The notes below the pieces were generated by a model that worked only from the letters and a program-made list of their open reading frames with translations, did no database searches and was not told where the DNA came from. The position numbers and the translations under genes are program-made. From an uncultured delta proteobacterium (GTDB lineage Bacteria; Desulfobacterota; WTBG01), in NCBI GenBank assembly GCA_963751515.1, contig CAVVUR010000004.1, positions 47,640 to 111,639 of the forward strand: DNA of 64,000 nt, written 5' to 3'. The first letter of the stretch is position 1; each line of letters begins with the position of its first letter. Of this stretch, positions 1 through 9,061 are shown one piece after another.

Positions 1-1310
1 TCAATATCACTGTCACAGACATCTCCTGCCCCGTCATTGTCCATATCTTTTTGATCAGGATTATATACATCAGGGCAATTATCGCAGACACCACCGACTT
101 TATCACCGTCTACATCCTCCTGGCCAGGATTAGCAAGATCAGGACAATTATCGCAGACATCTCCTGCCCCATCTCCATCTCTATCCTCCTGACCTGGATT
201 AGAAATGGTAGAACAATTATCATCATTATCAAGAATAGCATCGCAATCAAAATCATTGGTACACGGTAAAAATGCATACTTAAGAGAATAGTCAAAGTTA
301 CTATAAGCTAAATAGCTGATACGGGGGTTACCATTGCTGTCCAAGGCAAGAGAGTTGTCTTGTCCAGTCTTACCCTCGCCATCCACTATCTCTATATGCC
401 AGGTGCCATCATACCAGGCATATTGGAGATAACCGTATTCAGATGCATAGCTGATACGGGGGTTACCATTGCTGTCTAAGGCAAGAGAGATATAATATAC
501 CGGGCTTCCTATATCAACGCGCACCGTATGCCAGGTGCCATCATACCAGGCATATTTGAGATAACCGTTGGTATAAGCACTATAGCTGATGTGGGGGTTG
601 TCACTGCTGTCCAGGGCAAGAGAGGAGTACATTCCAACATAACCCGCGCTATCCACCGTCTCTATATGCCAGGTGCCATCATACCAGGCGTATTTGAGAT
701 CATCGTTTGTATCATCATAATAGCTGATACGGGGGTTATCACTGCTGTCTAAGACAAGGGAGGTGCTATATCTTCCAACATCACCCGTGCTATCTACCGT
801 CTCCGTATGCCAGGTACCATCATACCACGCATATTTGAGATCAGAGTTAGTAAGATCCCTATAGCTGATGTGGGGGTTGCCACTGCTGTCTAGGGCGAGA
901 GAGGTATTCCATCCAACATCACCCATGCTATCCACCGTCTCTGTACGCCAGATGCCATCATACCAGGCATATTTGAGATCATCGTTAGAATCATCATAAT
1001 AGCTGATGTGGGGGTTATCACTGCTGTCTAAGGCAAGAGATGTGTGATATCCAACCTGACCCGTGCTATCCACCGTCTCTGTATGCCAGGTGCCATCATA
1101 CCAGGCATATTTGAGATCAGCATTAGTAACATCATTATAGCTGATATGGGGGTTATCACTGCTGTCTAAGGCAAGAGATGTGTGATATCCAACCTGACCC
1201 TTGCTATCCACTACGGTTATCTGCCAATCTCCTGCTCCAGCAAAATCAGCAGGCAAAGTAATAAAAGCAGTTAATAAAACAATTATAATTACATAAAGTC
1301 TAGTAGCCAT
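1..1310 (-). CDS. Secreted repeat protein, partial (C-terminus runs off the window): signal peptide, ~7 beta-propeller-like repeats of 44-47 aa, then thrombospondin type-3-like Ca-binding repeats
   Basis: Absent from the ORF track because it has no stop codon inside the window. Manual reverse-strand translation from ATG 1310-1308 (SD GAAGGAGGG just upstream) gives MATRLYVIIIVLLTAFITLPADFAGAGDWQITVVDSKGQVGYHTSLALDSSDNPHISY... The repeat unit is G.VG..TSLALDSS.NPHISY....DLKYAWYDGTWH.ETVDS. The C-terminal part reads ...NPGQEDRDGDGAGDVCDNCPDLANPGQEDVDGDKVGGVCDNCPDVYNPDQKDMDNDGAGDVCDSDI (DxDxDGxxDxCDNCP repeats). The frame is consistent from 1310 to 1 in every segment I translated. Confidence 0.75.
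   Translation of the reverse strand, partial: MATRLYVIIIVLLTAFITLPADFAGAGDWQITVVDSKGQVGYHTSLALDSSDNPHISYNDVTNADLKYAWYDGTWHTETVDSTGQVGYHTSLALDSSDNPHISYYDDSNDDLKYAWYDGIWRTETVDSMGDVGWNTSLALDSSGNPHISYRDLTNSDLKYAWYDGTWHTETVDSTGDVGRYSTSLVLDSSDNPRISYYDDTNDDLKYAWYDGTWHIETVDSAGYVGMYSSLALDSSDNPHISYSAYTNGYLKYAWYDGTWHTVRVDIGSPVYYISLALDSNGNPRISYASEYGYLQYAWYDGTWHIEIVDGEGKTGQDNSLALDSNGNPRISYLAYSNFDYSLKYAFLPCTNDFDCDAILDNDDNCSTISNPGQEDRDGDGAGDVCDNCPDLANPGQEDVDGDKVGGVCDNCPDVYNPDQKDMDNDGAGDVCDSDI
300..1215 (-). repeat. In-frame tandem coding repeats, period 132-141 bp, about 7 units
   Basis: AGGTGCCATCATACCAGGC, or variants differing by 1-2 nt, starts at 401, 533, 671, 812, 950 and 1088. Each unit encodes one ...DLKYAWYDGTWH.ETVDS.G.VG..TSLALDSS.NPHISY... 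blade-like repeat. Confidence 0.85.
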
Positions 1311-1334
1311 GTCAGCCCTCCTTCAAATAATTAT

Positions 1335-1373
1335 CCCCACCTCCTCAGACTTCTCATCTGAGAAAAAGTGGGG
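1335..1373 (-). promoter_or_regulatory. Conserved 5'-leader stem-loop, copy 1 (CCCCACTTTTTCTC ... GAGGAGGTGGGG on the coding strand)
   Basis: Plus strand reads CCCCACCTCCTCAGACTTCTCATCTGAGAAAAAGTGGGG. It sits 25-63 nt upstream of the ATG at 1310. The two boxes are complementary (about 12 bp including G.U pairs). Near-identical boxes occur at 9015-9061 and 14577-14618, in each case upstream of a secreted-protein gene. Confidence 0.4.
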
Positions 1374-1646
1374 TTATGCCAATAAGTACGTTCATTGGAA
1401 CACCTTTAAATGACCTTATGATTTTAAATTAAAGCACAGAATCCCTCTTTTATCAATGTAATTTTAAACCTGTATTTTGGACATTAATGTTCTATATATG
1501 GAGGTTCCCATAATAAGCTGTCTTCCGCACCTTATACCAAAACCTGAGTTTCAGCGAATGCCCGTAATACATTTCGTATCCTGCGTAATTTCCGGGACTT
1601 CAATTGTCGGGTAACAGAGTGGCATTACTGCCACTCCGTCCCCTAA

Positions 1647-1680
1647 GAACCGAGCTTGCGAGTTTCCCCGCACACGGCTC
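1647..1680 (-). ncRNA. Group II intron domain V (catalytic hairpin)
   Basis: The 34-nt sequence GAGCCGUGUGCGGGGAAACUCGCAAGCUCGGUUC (reverse complement of 1647-1680) matches the canonical DV consensus shape: two helices, a 2-nt bulge and a GNRA loop. Confidence 0.85.
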
Positions 1681-1739
1681 AAGCACTTCAGAAGCCTTCT
1701 TTACATGAGGAAGACCCGATTGTTCTGTCCCGAATAAAG

Positions 1740-3197
1740 TTAGACACGTGCGGCTTCAGAATATTTTAACACCTTCCGTGTTAAGAAATACTCATGCCAG
1801 TCTTTAGCATACGGATTAGCCACACTACGTATCTTGGTGTGGCGTACGATCTTTGTGGTGACAGCATGGAACAAATCTATACTTTCCCGTGTACTGCTCT
1901 CTGTCTTTCGGTCTGCAAAGAATGACCAGTTCAGGGAGGGGATGGATCGGAAGTATTTCTTACGTATCCACCCTTTCGTTTTTGAACCGTGTTTTCTTGC
2001 GACCCCCTTCCAGAGTTGCTCGAAGATGCGGCTGTCTACATGTGAAAAGGTTTGCTTAGAACAGATATGGCGATGATAGTTTGCCCATCCCCGTAGTACC
2101 GAGTTGAGTTCTTCTATCAGTGTCCATAATGAGTGATCTAATCCGTTTTTGATTATCTTTCGGGTTTTAGCAAGGAGCGCTTTTACCGCACCGTGCGAGG
2201 GGGTTATGATACATTTGCCCCCGTATTTTCTCAGGTGCTGTCCCAGAAAATCAAAACCTTGCTCTATCCGCGTGATTCTGGTTTTTTCTCTCGAGAGTTG
2301 TAAACCCCTCTGGGTGAGAAATGCCTGGATCGCAGGCATGACTTTTCCCCGGAGCATTTCTTTTGTTGCTCCTGTTACCACAAAGTCGTCTGCGTATCGA
2401 ATCACGTTGACCTTGGAACCTCTGGGTACCACACTTACAATGACTGCCTCCAGACCGTCCAACGTCATGTTAGCCAGCACAGGTGAGATAACCCCACCCT
2501 GGGGAGTACCCTCCTTTGTGGGATAGAGTCTTCCCTTCTCTACATATCCGGCTTTGAGCCAGGCATGAAGCATTTTTCTGTCCATCAGGATGTTATGTTG
2601 CATCCATTCATGGTTAATGCTGTCAAAACATGCCTTGATATCGGCCTCCAGTACCCACCGTGCAGAGTTTCTCCTTCCCAGGCACACGAAACACTGCTCT
2701 ATAGCATCTGCGCAGGACCGGTATTCTCTAAATCCATACGAATTGAGATCACCTGTTGTTTCTGCTACCGGTGCCAAAGCCAGTGCATATAGTGCCTGCA
2801 TCGCTCTGTCTCTCATGGTAGGAATACTCAGCGGTCGACGTGTGCCGTTTTTCTTCCTTATGTAGACCCGCCTGAGTGGAAGGGGCTTGTAGCCTCTTCT
2901 CGTAAGCAGCTCTACTGCCCTCATCTTCTTTTTCGGTGTGTTCCATATCTTGCCATCCACGCCTGGCGTACATCTTCCTTTATTCGTAACAACCCTTCTT
3001 ACTGCAAACAATTTTGCGTAGAATGAGTGAGTCAGAAGCCACTGGAGGGATTTCGCCAACCGGTACCTTCTTTCCCGAACAGCCTTTGCGATACGCATTT
3101 GTAGCTTCTTCACCCTCGCACCCACCTTCCTCCACTTGATGGAGTTCCAGGCAGGCCTCGGGTGGTAGGACGCATGGATGTGCTGAGCCATCCCCAT
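1740..3197 (-). CDS. Group II intron reverse transcriptase/maturase
   Basis: 485-aa ORF. RT blocks are ...RRPLSIPTMRDRAMQ..., ...ADIKACFDSINHEWM... and ...VNVIRYADDFVVTG (YADD). The maturase/X region is ...LNSVLRGWANYHRH... There is no Cys-rich HNH/En domain at the C-terminus. Confidence 0.93.
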   Translation of the reverse strand: MGMAQHIHASYHPRPAWNSIKWRKVGARVKKLQMRIAKAVRERRYRLAKSLQWLLTHSFYAKLFAVRRVVTNKGRCTPGVDGKIWNTPKKKMRAVELLTRRGYKPLPLRRVYIRKKNGTRRPLSIPTMRDRAMQALYALALAPVAETTGDLNSYGFREYRSCADAIEQCFVCLGRRNSARWVLEADIKACFDSINHEWMQHNILMDRKMLHAWLKAGYVEKGRLYPTKEGTPQGGVISPVLANMTLDGLEAVIVSVVPRGSKVNVIRYADDFVVTGATKEMLRGKVMPAIQAFLTQRGLQLSREKTRITRIEQGFDFLGQHLRKYGGKCIITPSHGAVKALLAKTRKIIKNGLDHSLWTLIEELNSVLRGWANYHRHICSKQTFSHVDSRIFEQLWKGVARKHGSKTKGWIRKKYFRSIPSLNWSFFADRKTESSTRESIDLFHAVTTKIVRHTKIRSVANPYAKDWHEYFLTRKVLKYSEAARV

Positions 3198-4053
3198 TTG
3201 CTTTTCCTCCCTTGAGAAGCTTTACAAACTATCTCGCAACGAAGTACCTGTCGGAAGTCGGCACCCTTTCAGGTCAGGGAATATCCCCTATCCAGCCTAT
3301 TACCGGCTGGCCTTTGCTTTCTCCGACATCCCTTACCCACTTACCCGTCAGCTTCCCTTACGGGATGCCTTCCACTTTCCGTGGAGGTAATTGGGCTTAC
3401 CATGTTCCGCTCATGTAACCCGATGGGTTAGGGCCTGCCTATCCGCCGGGGGAATGGTAGAGTGCGTAGAGGGAATAAAAAGCCCCCCAACCATACCCCT
3501 TACCTTTTGGTTCAAGCCTTACAGCACTTTTGGCTTGTTTAGTATGACGACGTTTATCAGCAGTTCACGTACGTTGCCCCTACCATCATTCCTGGCTCCC
3601 CTCCGGCTCAGTGCTGCCAGAATTGAGCTCACCTCACGGTTTGCTCTCTCAACCTCACGGCTGAGGGCTACATTGTCCCCTGAGCTTCACACCCGGCCGT
3701 TACCAGCCACGCATGTCAGGGTAAGAAACTATTGGCACTACAATAGGTCAACTCCTCGGTTGACAATTACATGAGCGACTTCATGTCGCACTTCAATATT
3801 ACTACCATACTGAGTGAAGCGTGGGAGGGAAAAATGTTTTCTACTACGACATCAATCTTGAAGTAAAAACTTTCTTAACACTACTTTGCCTGTTTGCAAG
3901 AAACCTACAATACTGCCGTGTTCATAGATACATTCAGCAATACAAACTATTTATGCCGTGAGATAATTACCAATCTTGAAGATAAGCTACAATTTTCTTA
4001 AATGAATCCATATCACAATGTATGGGCATTTTGGATTTAACAAAATGATCCTT

Positions 4054-4092
4054 AATAAAGCAAAAGCCCCCCAGCAAACTTGACTGAGGGGC
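4054..4092 (-). terminator. Rho-independent terminator candidate downstream of the 4155-5033 gene
   Basis: Reverse strand reads GCCCCTCAG-TCAAGTTTG-CTGGGGGGC (9-bp stem with one G.U pair), followed by TTTTGCTTTATT. Confidence 0.6.
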
Positions 4093-4154
4093 ACATAAGT
4101 TTTTGTTAGTTGTTAATTAAGGGATCTATTCTCTCTCTTCAGTCGTTTTCCTGA

Positions 4155-5033
4155 TTACTCCCGGTTTCTCCACATTCCCCAACGATTCTGCTTTTTTTCT
4201 ATTTTTCCCAGGATAAGTTGCCTTTGCTCAGGGGTTAATATCTGAACTCCCTCTAATACAGAAGAAGCCCCGATAGATAAACTCTGGCACTGTGCATCAA
4301 GGATTAGTTGAAGTGTTTGTTCAGCATCCTCAATAATTATTGTATCAGCCATTAGGATACCGAGCAACTCCACGCCTAATGCCCTGATTTGTTTCTCCAG
4401 TGGTTCGATTGCAGCGTTCGTATCATCTTTCAACTGATCGAAGTCCGCTATCTGCTCATCGGTAAGATCCAGTAGCGGATCTCTCGAAATCCTATCTGGA
4501 TGTAAATCATCTAAAACCGGTTCTATGTATTGTTCAAAGTCATCGTTGATTTTATCCCACCCGGGGTAATCAGATATATACTCAAATAAATCAAGAGCAT
4601 CTTCTGCCAATACCACAATAGCTTGCCGTTGCTCAGACGTTAAGAACCTTTTTTCGGAAGTTATAATCTGAAATCCCTCTAATCCCGCATTAGCCTCAAT
4701 AGATGAAATCTGACACTGCAAATCACCCATTTCTTGAAGCATTGTTTCCGCAGCGACAGTATCTATTTCTTCAGCTAATAAAATTTCTGGCAACTGCATG
4801 CCCAATGCCTCCAGTTCTTTTTCAAGTGGTTCAACTTCAGCTTGCGTTGCCGCTTTGAGCTCTTCTAATGCTTTTATCTGCTCATTGGTAAGGTCAAGAA
4901 CAGCCCTGAGAAAAATCTTTTTAAAGGGAGAGGTATACAGTCGATTAGGAAAAGCATTAACTAATTGGGGGATGCATAATGATATTCCAAAAATGAAAAA
5001 CATTAGATATCGTGTTGCTAATATTTTTTTCAT
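4155..5033 (-). CDS. Periplasmic Spy/CpxP-like (LTxxQ-motif) protein with an internal duplication
   Basis: The likely start is M22 of the listed ORF (ATG 5033-5031, SD GAGGAG 10 nt upstream), giving the signal peptide MKKILATRYLMFFIFGISLCIPQLVNA. Two homologous halves each carry LDLT.EQI......LK..T.A..EPLEK....LG..L..IL.A..I......E..LQ......QCQ..SI.A...LEG.QI.T.EQRQ. Confidence 0.6.
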   Translation of the reverse strand: MKKILATRYLMFFIFGISLCIPQLVNAFPNRLYTSPFKKIFLRAVLDLTNEQIKALEELKAATQAEVEPLEKELEALGMQLPEILLAEEIDTVAAETMLQEMGDLQCQISSIEANAGLEGFQIITSEKRFLTSEQRQAIVVLAEDALDLFEYISDYPGWDKINDDFEQYIEPVLDDLHPDRISRDPLLDLTDEQIADFDQLKDDTNAAIEPLEKQIRALGVELLGILMADTIIIEDAEQTLQLILDAQCQSLSIGASSVLEGVQILTPEQRQLILGKIEKKQNRWGMWRNRE

Positions 5034-5984
5034 AACTGTTAACTCCTCTTGTTCATTGTTAAAATATGTCCTTCTAAAAGGTTCTTTGCGAGTCACCCCC
5101 CCTCACATTATTTAATTTTATTATTTAAAAACAAGCAGTGAGAATCGTAGCAAGTTTTATATTGAAAGTAAAGAAATAAATATTTGTTTTTATTGATTAT
5201 TTTTACTTTTGAGAAATAGAATTGAATAACCGACAATAATGATTTTTTGCCTAGAACACACCTTATTATTGCTATAGAAGTCTTGTTTAAGGGAAAAAAT
5301 AAAATAGGGTAGTATAGTTTGAGGAAAAATAAAAGCTAGGAAAAAAATAATGTGGTTTCTACTATTTAAAGTCATAGCTTTTAGCGCCGCCCTGATACCA
5401 TACATATATTCAGGTGTCTTAGAAATGCAAAAATGTAATTTCTTTACCAACAATGTGGGTAATAGCAAATGCATAAGATACTTTTTATGCTGTATAATTT
5501 CAGGGGCTCCATTTCTTTAACGCAGCTGCTATGCTGAGGGAATTGTGGAAGGACAAAGATTTTAACATTACTGAACCAAATACGCGATAATCACTCATCT
5601 GCAAACTACTGTAGCAGTTTGCAAGAATGTTAGAGTAACCCTCTTTTTGAAGATACATTCCGTAGTAGATAGTATTATTATTGCGTTGAGAAGGTTGCTC
5701 TTATTTGCACTATCTCACAATTTTGGCTTACTCATAGATACCCCAACATATGGACACATCAAAGTAAAAGGCAAGAATCCTTTTGAGACTCCTGCCTTTT
5801 TGATTTTTACCCTTGCGGTTATTCACCCACCGTATTGCCCGGCTTTATGAGCAAGGTGCTGACCCATGTCGCATCGGGCAGTACGTATGGAAGTGAGAGT
5901 TGTGGGTGTGTGTGGGGGTGGGATTTTCTCCCCCTGTACCCCCTCACCTCAATAACCAAATGACTCAAATGGTCAAATGAACAA

Positions 5985-6752
5985 TCATTGACCCCCACGC
6001 ACTGGCCAGACGTGGTAGCCGTTCGACTTACCGTAGTAGTTGAGGTAGCCATAGAACACGTCCACGTACCACGCGTAGACGGGATTGCCGGCGTGAGTAG
6101 TAGACGACCAGTAGTAGCCGGACCGCACGTTAGCAAAGAAATAAATCTGATATGAATGTATATGCTCTGTACCTACTGTGATTCCCACAAGTTCAGTCTC
6201 TGTGGGCAAACGCCAATCACCCCACACAGAACCATCGGTGAGGGTTCCACTACAATCCCCGTTTCTCAAATTAATAATTGGCTGCTGGATAGCATTATAC
6301 CAATCCATAGATCCCTTGCATCCCGCATCCTTCAACCACACCAGCCCTGTTGTCATATCTTTTACTGTTCCATTATTCTGGTCGCACCACCTGCCGAGTG
6401 CTGAAAGTGTGCCATTACATACCTCGCCTCCTTGCTGGCATACACCTGCTACACATGTCCCACTACAAGGAATATCGCATCCCCCGCAGTTAGCCTCATC
6501 TGTCAGCGAATCAACACACTCTCCTGCACATTCCACCATGCCCGTTGGGCATTCAGAGTTCGGATTGCACATACAGGCATCGCATCCAGTTTTGTTAAAG
6601 TCTTGTTTCATTATCACCAAATCGGAAAGGTCAACCTTTGTGTTGCAATCAGCGTTTGCCTGACAAAGTATTGCCCATACATCTGACGATGCCACTAACA
6701 ACAACCCTGCTAATACTGTCAATGCTATTACTTCGATCTTTCTACTACTCAT
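5985..6752 (-). CDS. Secreted protein: half-dockerin-like Cys-bracketed module, Cys-rich linker, C-terminal DUF1566 (Lcl C-terminal-like) domain
   Basis: The listed ORF 5985-6839 starts with GTG inside the IS21 end. The plausible start is the ATG at 6752-6750, giving MSSRKIEVIALTVLAGLLLVASSDVWA (signal peptide). This is followed by CQANADCNTKVDLSDLVIMKQDFNKTGCDAC, then CPTGMVECAGECVDSLTDEANCGGCDIPCSGTCVAGVCQ, then ...TGLVWLKDAGC...WRLPTETEL...YYWSSTTH...AWYVDVFYGYLNYYGKSNGYHVWPVRGG, which is typical of DUF1566. Confidence 0.75.
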   Translation of the reverse strand: MSSRKIEVIALTVLAGLLLVASSDVWAILCQANADCNTKVDLSDLVIMKQDFNKTGCDACMCNPNSECPTGMVECAGECVDSLTDEANCGGCDIPCSGTCVAGVCQQGGEVCNGTLSALGRWCDQNNGTVKDMTTGLVWLKDAGCKGSMDWYNAIQQPIINLRNGDCSGTLTDGSVWGDWRLPTETELVGITVGTEHIHSYQIYFFANVRSGYYWSSTTHAGNPVYAWYVDVFYGYLNYYGKSNGYHVWPVRGGQ

Positions 6753-6782
6753 ATCGCACCCCCTTTTGTTTAACTGTTCCCA

Positions 6783-6836
6783 TGTCAACGAAAATTTAAA
6801 AGTGTACCAAAAAGGGTCACTGAAAAGTGTACCACT
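6783..6836. repeat. IS21-family terminal inverted repeat (istB-proximal end)
   Basis: TGTCAACGAAAATTTAAAAGTGTACCAAAAAGGGTCACTGAAAAGTGTACCACTC. It aligns with the reverse complement of 8944-8996, and GTGTACCA is reiterated internally. Confidence 0.8.
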
Positions 6837-7612
6837 CACCCATCTGATTTAGCCTCTTTTTGATCCACGGGCAGTTTCCCTTTAAGTCGATAACTATTTC
6901 CCTTGATATTAATCACCACGCTGTGGTGGAGTACCCGGTCCAGTATGGCCGTGATGATGATCGGATCATGGAAGAGCTCCGTCCACTCAGAGAATGCCTT
7001 GTTAGAGGTAATGATGGTACTGCACTCCTCATAGCGGGTTGAGATAAAATGGTAAAACAGGTTGCACTCCTCACGGCTAATGGGAGTATAGCCCACTTCA
7101 TCTACCACCACCAACGCAGATTTGTAATAGCTCCTGCCCCGGTGACTTTTAATGGACTCATGATCCTTCTTCAGCTTTCCTATCAGATCGCCCATGGTGG
7201 TAAAGTAGATGCTTAACCCCGCCTGGCAGGCTTTTACTGCCAGTGCCACCGCCAGGTGGGTTTTGCCCACACCGGGAGGACCCAGAAAAATCACATTCTC
7301 TTTCTGTTTGATAAAGGTCAGGTCAAACAAACTCAGCACCCTCTGCCGATCCAGCCGGGGATGGAAGGTGAAGTCAAAGTCATCGATGGTTTTAATGAAG
7401 GGAAGGCCTGATACCCGAAGCACTGTTTCCACCCGTCTCTGCTCTTTCTGGGCAACTTCCTCTTCCAGGAGATCATCCAAAAACCGCAGGTAACTCTTCT
7501 CCTGCTCCTCTGCTGTCTTGAGGGAGGGAAGCAGTACCTCCCGAACCCTGGGTAACCGCAACCGGCTTAAGTTTGCTTCTATCCGTTCCATCACCAGCGT
7601 CTCGCCCATCAC
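6836..7612 (-). CDS. istB: IS21-family transposition helper ATPase IstB
   Basis: 258 aa. Walker A is GPPGVGKTHLAVALA and Walker B is LVVVDEVGY. The IstB-type N-terminus reads ...LRLPRVREVL...YLRFLDDLLEEE. Confidence 0.93.
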   Translation of the reverse strand: MMGETLVMERIEANLSRLRLPRVREVLLPSLKTAEEQEKSYLRFLDDLLEEEVAQKEQRRVETVLRVSGLPFIKTIDDFDFTFHPRLDRQRVLSLFDLTFIKQKENVIFLGPPGVGKTHLAVALAVKACQAGLSIYFTTMGDLIGKLKKDHESIKSHRGRSYYKSALVVVDEVGYTPISREECNLFYHFISTRYEECSTIITSNKAFSEWTELFHDPIIITAILDRVLHHSVVINIKGNSYRLKGKLPVDQKEAKSDG

Positions 7613-8865
7613 ATCCCCTCCGTAACTCGGCTGTATGCCGCCAGCGGTCTTACCTCAACATCCATCTCATAGCGCATCCGGGAAGGACTGATGGTGTGCT
7701 TCGCCCGACCCTTATGTGTTCTGCCATGACTATACTTCCGCTTGTTCATCTCCCGGTCCTTCCGCAGCTCTTCATAAAACCGCGGGTCTTGTATGAGATG
7801 TCCTTTCCCCTCAGGTATATTGTAGCTTACAACCTGCTTCTCATCTGCAAAGATTCTTAATCCCTTCTCCTTGACCCGCAGCACGATCTTCTTACCCACA
7901 TACCGGTGCGGTACGACGTATCGGTTCCCCTCAAAGTGTACCGTACAGTCCTTCCCCACCTTCCGGTAGGCACGATACGAGGTGTCAAAGGCATGATCAG
8001 GTAACGGACTCAGGTGGGGTTTCTCTCGTTCAAATCGCTCGGTCACCTTCTCATGGGTCGTTCCATGGATACGCTCATCCTTCACCTGCAGCCAGGTTAC
8101 CAGATCCTGATTGGCCACCCTCGGGTTTACAAAACGGTATCCCCGCCAGAATCCCTCCCTGATAAAATGATAGGGCCGCTCTACCTTCCCCTTCACCCAG
8201 GGTGCATAGGCCGGTGTTACCTCAGGCTTAAACCCGTAGTGCACGGCAAATCCCATCAGTGTTTTATTGAACTCTGCCTTCCCGGCTACCTTCCGTATAA
8301 ATACATTCTTCATCCGGTCATATAAAATCTCCTGTGGGACTCCCCCGAAATATTCAAATGCCCGGATATGGCAGTCAAGAAAACTGGGAAGGGTACACTG
8401 TTCTATCAGCTCTGCATACGGCTTCCGTGAGTACCCCAGGATCATGCAAAACAGGTAGTGCTTCTCAATTTCTCCATTCAACTCCTCTACCTGAAACTCC
8501 CCAAAATCCACCTGCGCCTGTCTGCCCGGCTCTGTCTCAAACCGCATGTATGCCTTACTGCTCAGATCTTCCTTCATCTGCCGCACCTTCCGCTTCACCA
8601 GCTCATAACTTCCTCCATAGCCCAGCGGCCTCAAATGATCATATATCCAACTCGCTTTATACTGCCCATCTTCTTCCAGCCAGGCATCGATGGCACCCAT
8701 AAATCTTATGAGCTTGCTCCTGCGGGGCTTTGTCATCACATACCTTCCTACCATCTCCGGGTGCTCCAGGTATTTCTTCACCGTCTTCCGGTGTATCCCC
8801 AGCTTCCGGGCTATCTCCCGCAGGGATAACCCCTGCTTCTTTAATACCAGAACCTCCACAACCAC
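7609..8865 (-). CDS. istA: IS21-family transposase IstA
   Basis: 418 aa. N-terminal HTH is LSLREIARKLGIHRKTVKKYL. The DDE region includes ...QAQVDFGEF..., ...EILYDRMKNV... and ...WVKGKVERPY... The listed start at 8865 is GTG; a second GTG at 8859 has better spacing from AAGGAG. Confidence 0.93.
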   Translation of the reverse strand: MVVEVLVLKKQGLSLREIARKLGIHRKTVKKYLEHPEMVGRYVMTKPRRSKLIRFMGAIDAWLEEDGQYKASWIYDHLRPLGYGGSYELVKRKVRQMKEDLSSKAYMRFETEPGRQAQVDFGEFQVEELNGEIEKHYLFCMILGYSRKPYAELIEQCTLPSFLDCHIRAFEYFGGVPQEILYDRMKNVFIRKVAGKAEFNKTLMGFAVHYGFKPEVTPAYAPWVKGKVERPYHFIREGFWRGYRFVNPRVANQDLVTWLQVKDERIHGTTHEKVTERFEREKPHLSPLPDHAFDTSYRAYRKVGKDCTVHFEGNRYVVPHRYVGKKIVLRVKEKGLRIFADEKQVVSYNIPEGKGHLIQDPRFYEELRKDREMNKRKYSHGRTHKGRAKHTISPSRMRYEMDVEVRPLAAYSRVTEGM

Positions 8866-8943
8866 CTCCTTTTTAACATCACTATCCCCCTTTATCGTTT
8901 TTACTCAACTATAGCACGCACTGTCTTCTAAGGATACTTGGAG

Positions 8944-8996
8944 GTGGTACACTTTCTTGTGACCATTTCTGGTACATTTTATCATGACCATTTACA
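8944..8996. repeat. IS21-family terminal inverted repeat (istA-proximal end)
   Basis: GTGGTACACTTTCTTGTGACCATTTCTGGTACATTTTATCATGACCATTTACA, the inverse of the left arm. Confidence 0.8.
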
Positions 8997-9014
8997 TCCC
9001 ACAAAACAAAATCT

Positions 9015-9061
9015 CCCCACCTTCATCCTAAGACCATTATGACCCTAGAGAAAAAGTGGGG
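9015..9061 (-). promoter_or_regulatory. Conserved 5'-leader stem-loop, copy 2 (separated from its gene by the IS21 insertion)
   Basis: Plus strand reads CCCCACCTTCATCCTAAGACCATTATGACCCTAGAGAAAAAGTGGGG. It shares the 14-mer GAGAAAAAGTGGGG and TCCCCACCT with copy 1. Without the IS it would lie about 45 nt upstream of the ATG at 6752. Confidence 0.4.

Larger units (their letters stand above)
1606..3791 (-). mobile_element. Complete bacterial group II intron (ribozyme plus intron-encoded RT/maturase), ~2.19 kb, in an intergenic location
   Basis: On the reverse strand the 5' end is GTGCGAC (3791-3785). About 590 nt of stop-rich structured RNA follow, then the RT ORF at 3197-1740. Domain V is GAGCCGTGTGCGGGGAAACTCGCAAGCTCGGTTC at 1680-1647 (AGC triad position and GAAA tetraloop). 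A domain-VI-like hairpin GGGACGGAGTGGC-AGTAAT-GCCACTCTGTTACCC with a bulged A ends ...GAC near 1606. The 3' boundary is uncertain by about 5 nt. Confidence 0.9.
6783..8996 (-). mobile_element. Complete IS21-family insertion sequence (istA-istB) with multi-repeat terminal inverted repeats and a 5-bp target-site duplication
   Basis: The ends are TGTCAACG... (6783) and ...CCATTTACA (8996). Both arms contain AAAA(G)TGTACCA.AAA.GGTCAC...AAAGTGTACCAC. TCCCA directly flanks both ends (6778-6782 and 8997-9001). istA and istB overlap by 4 nt (ATGA). Confidence 0.92.

Noticed and set aside
3212-3774. Plus-strand ORFs 3212-3418 and 3391-3774.
   Set aside because: They lie antisense inside the structured 5' ribozyme part (domains I-III) of the group II intron and carry no protein-like motifs.
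5190-5474. A 94-aa minus-strand ORF in the AT-rich island.
   Set aside because: Its composition-driven sequence is Ile/Phe/Lys/Leu-rich, it has no SD sequence and no motif, and it is probably non-coding.
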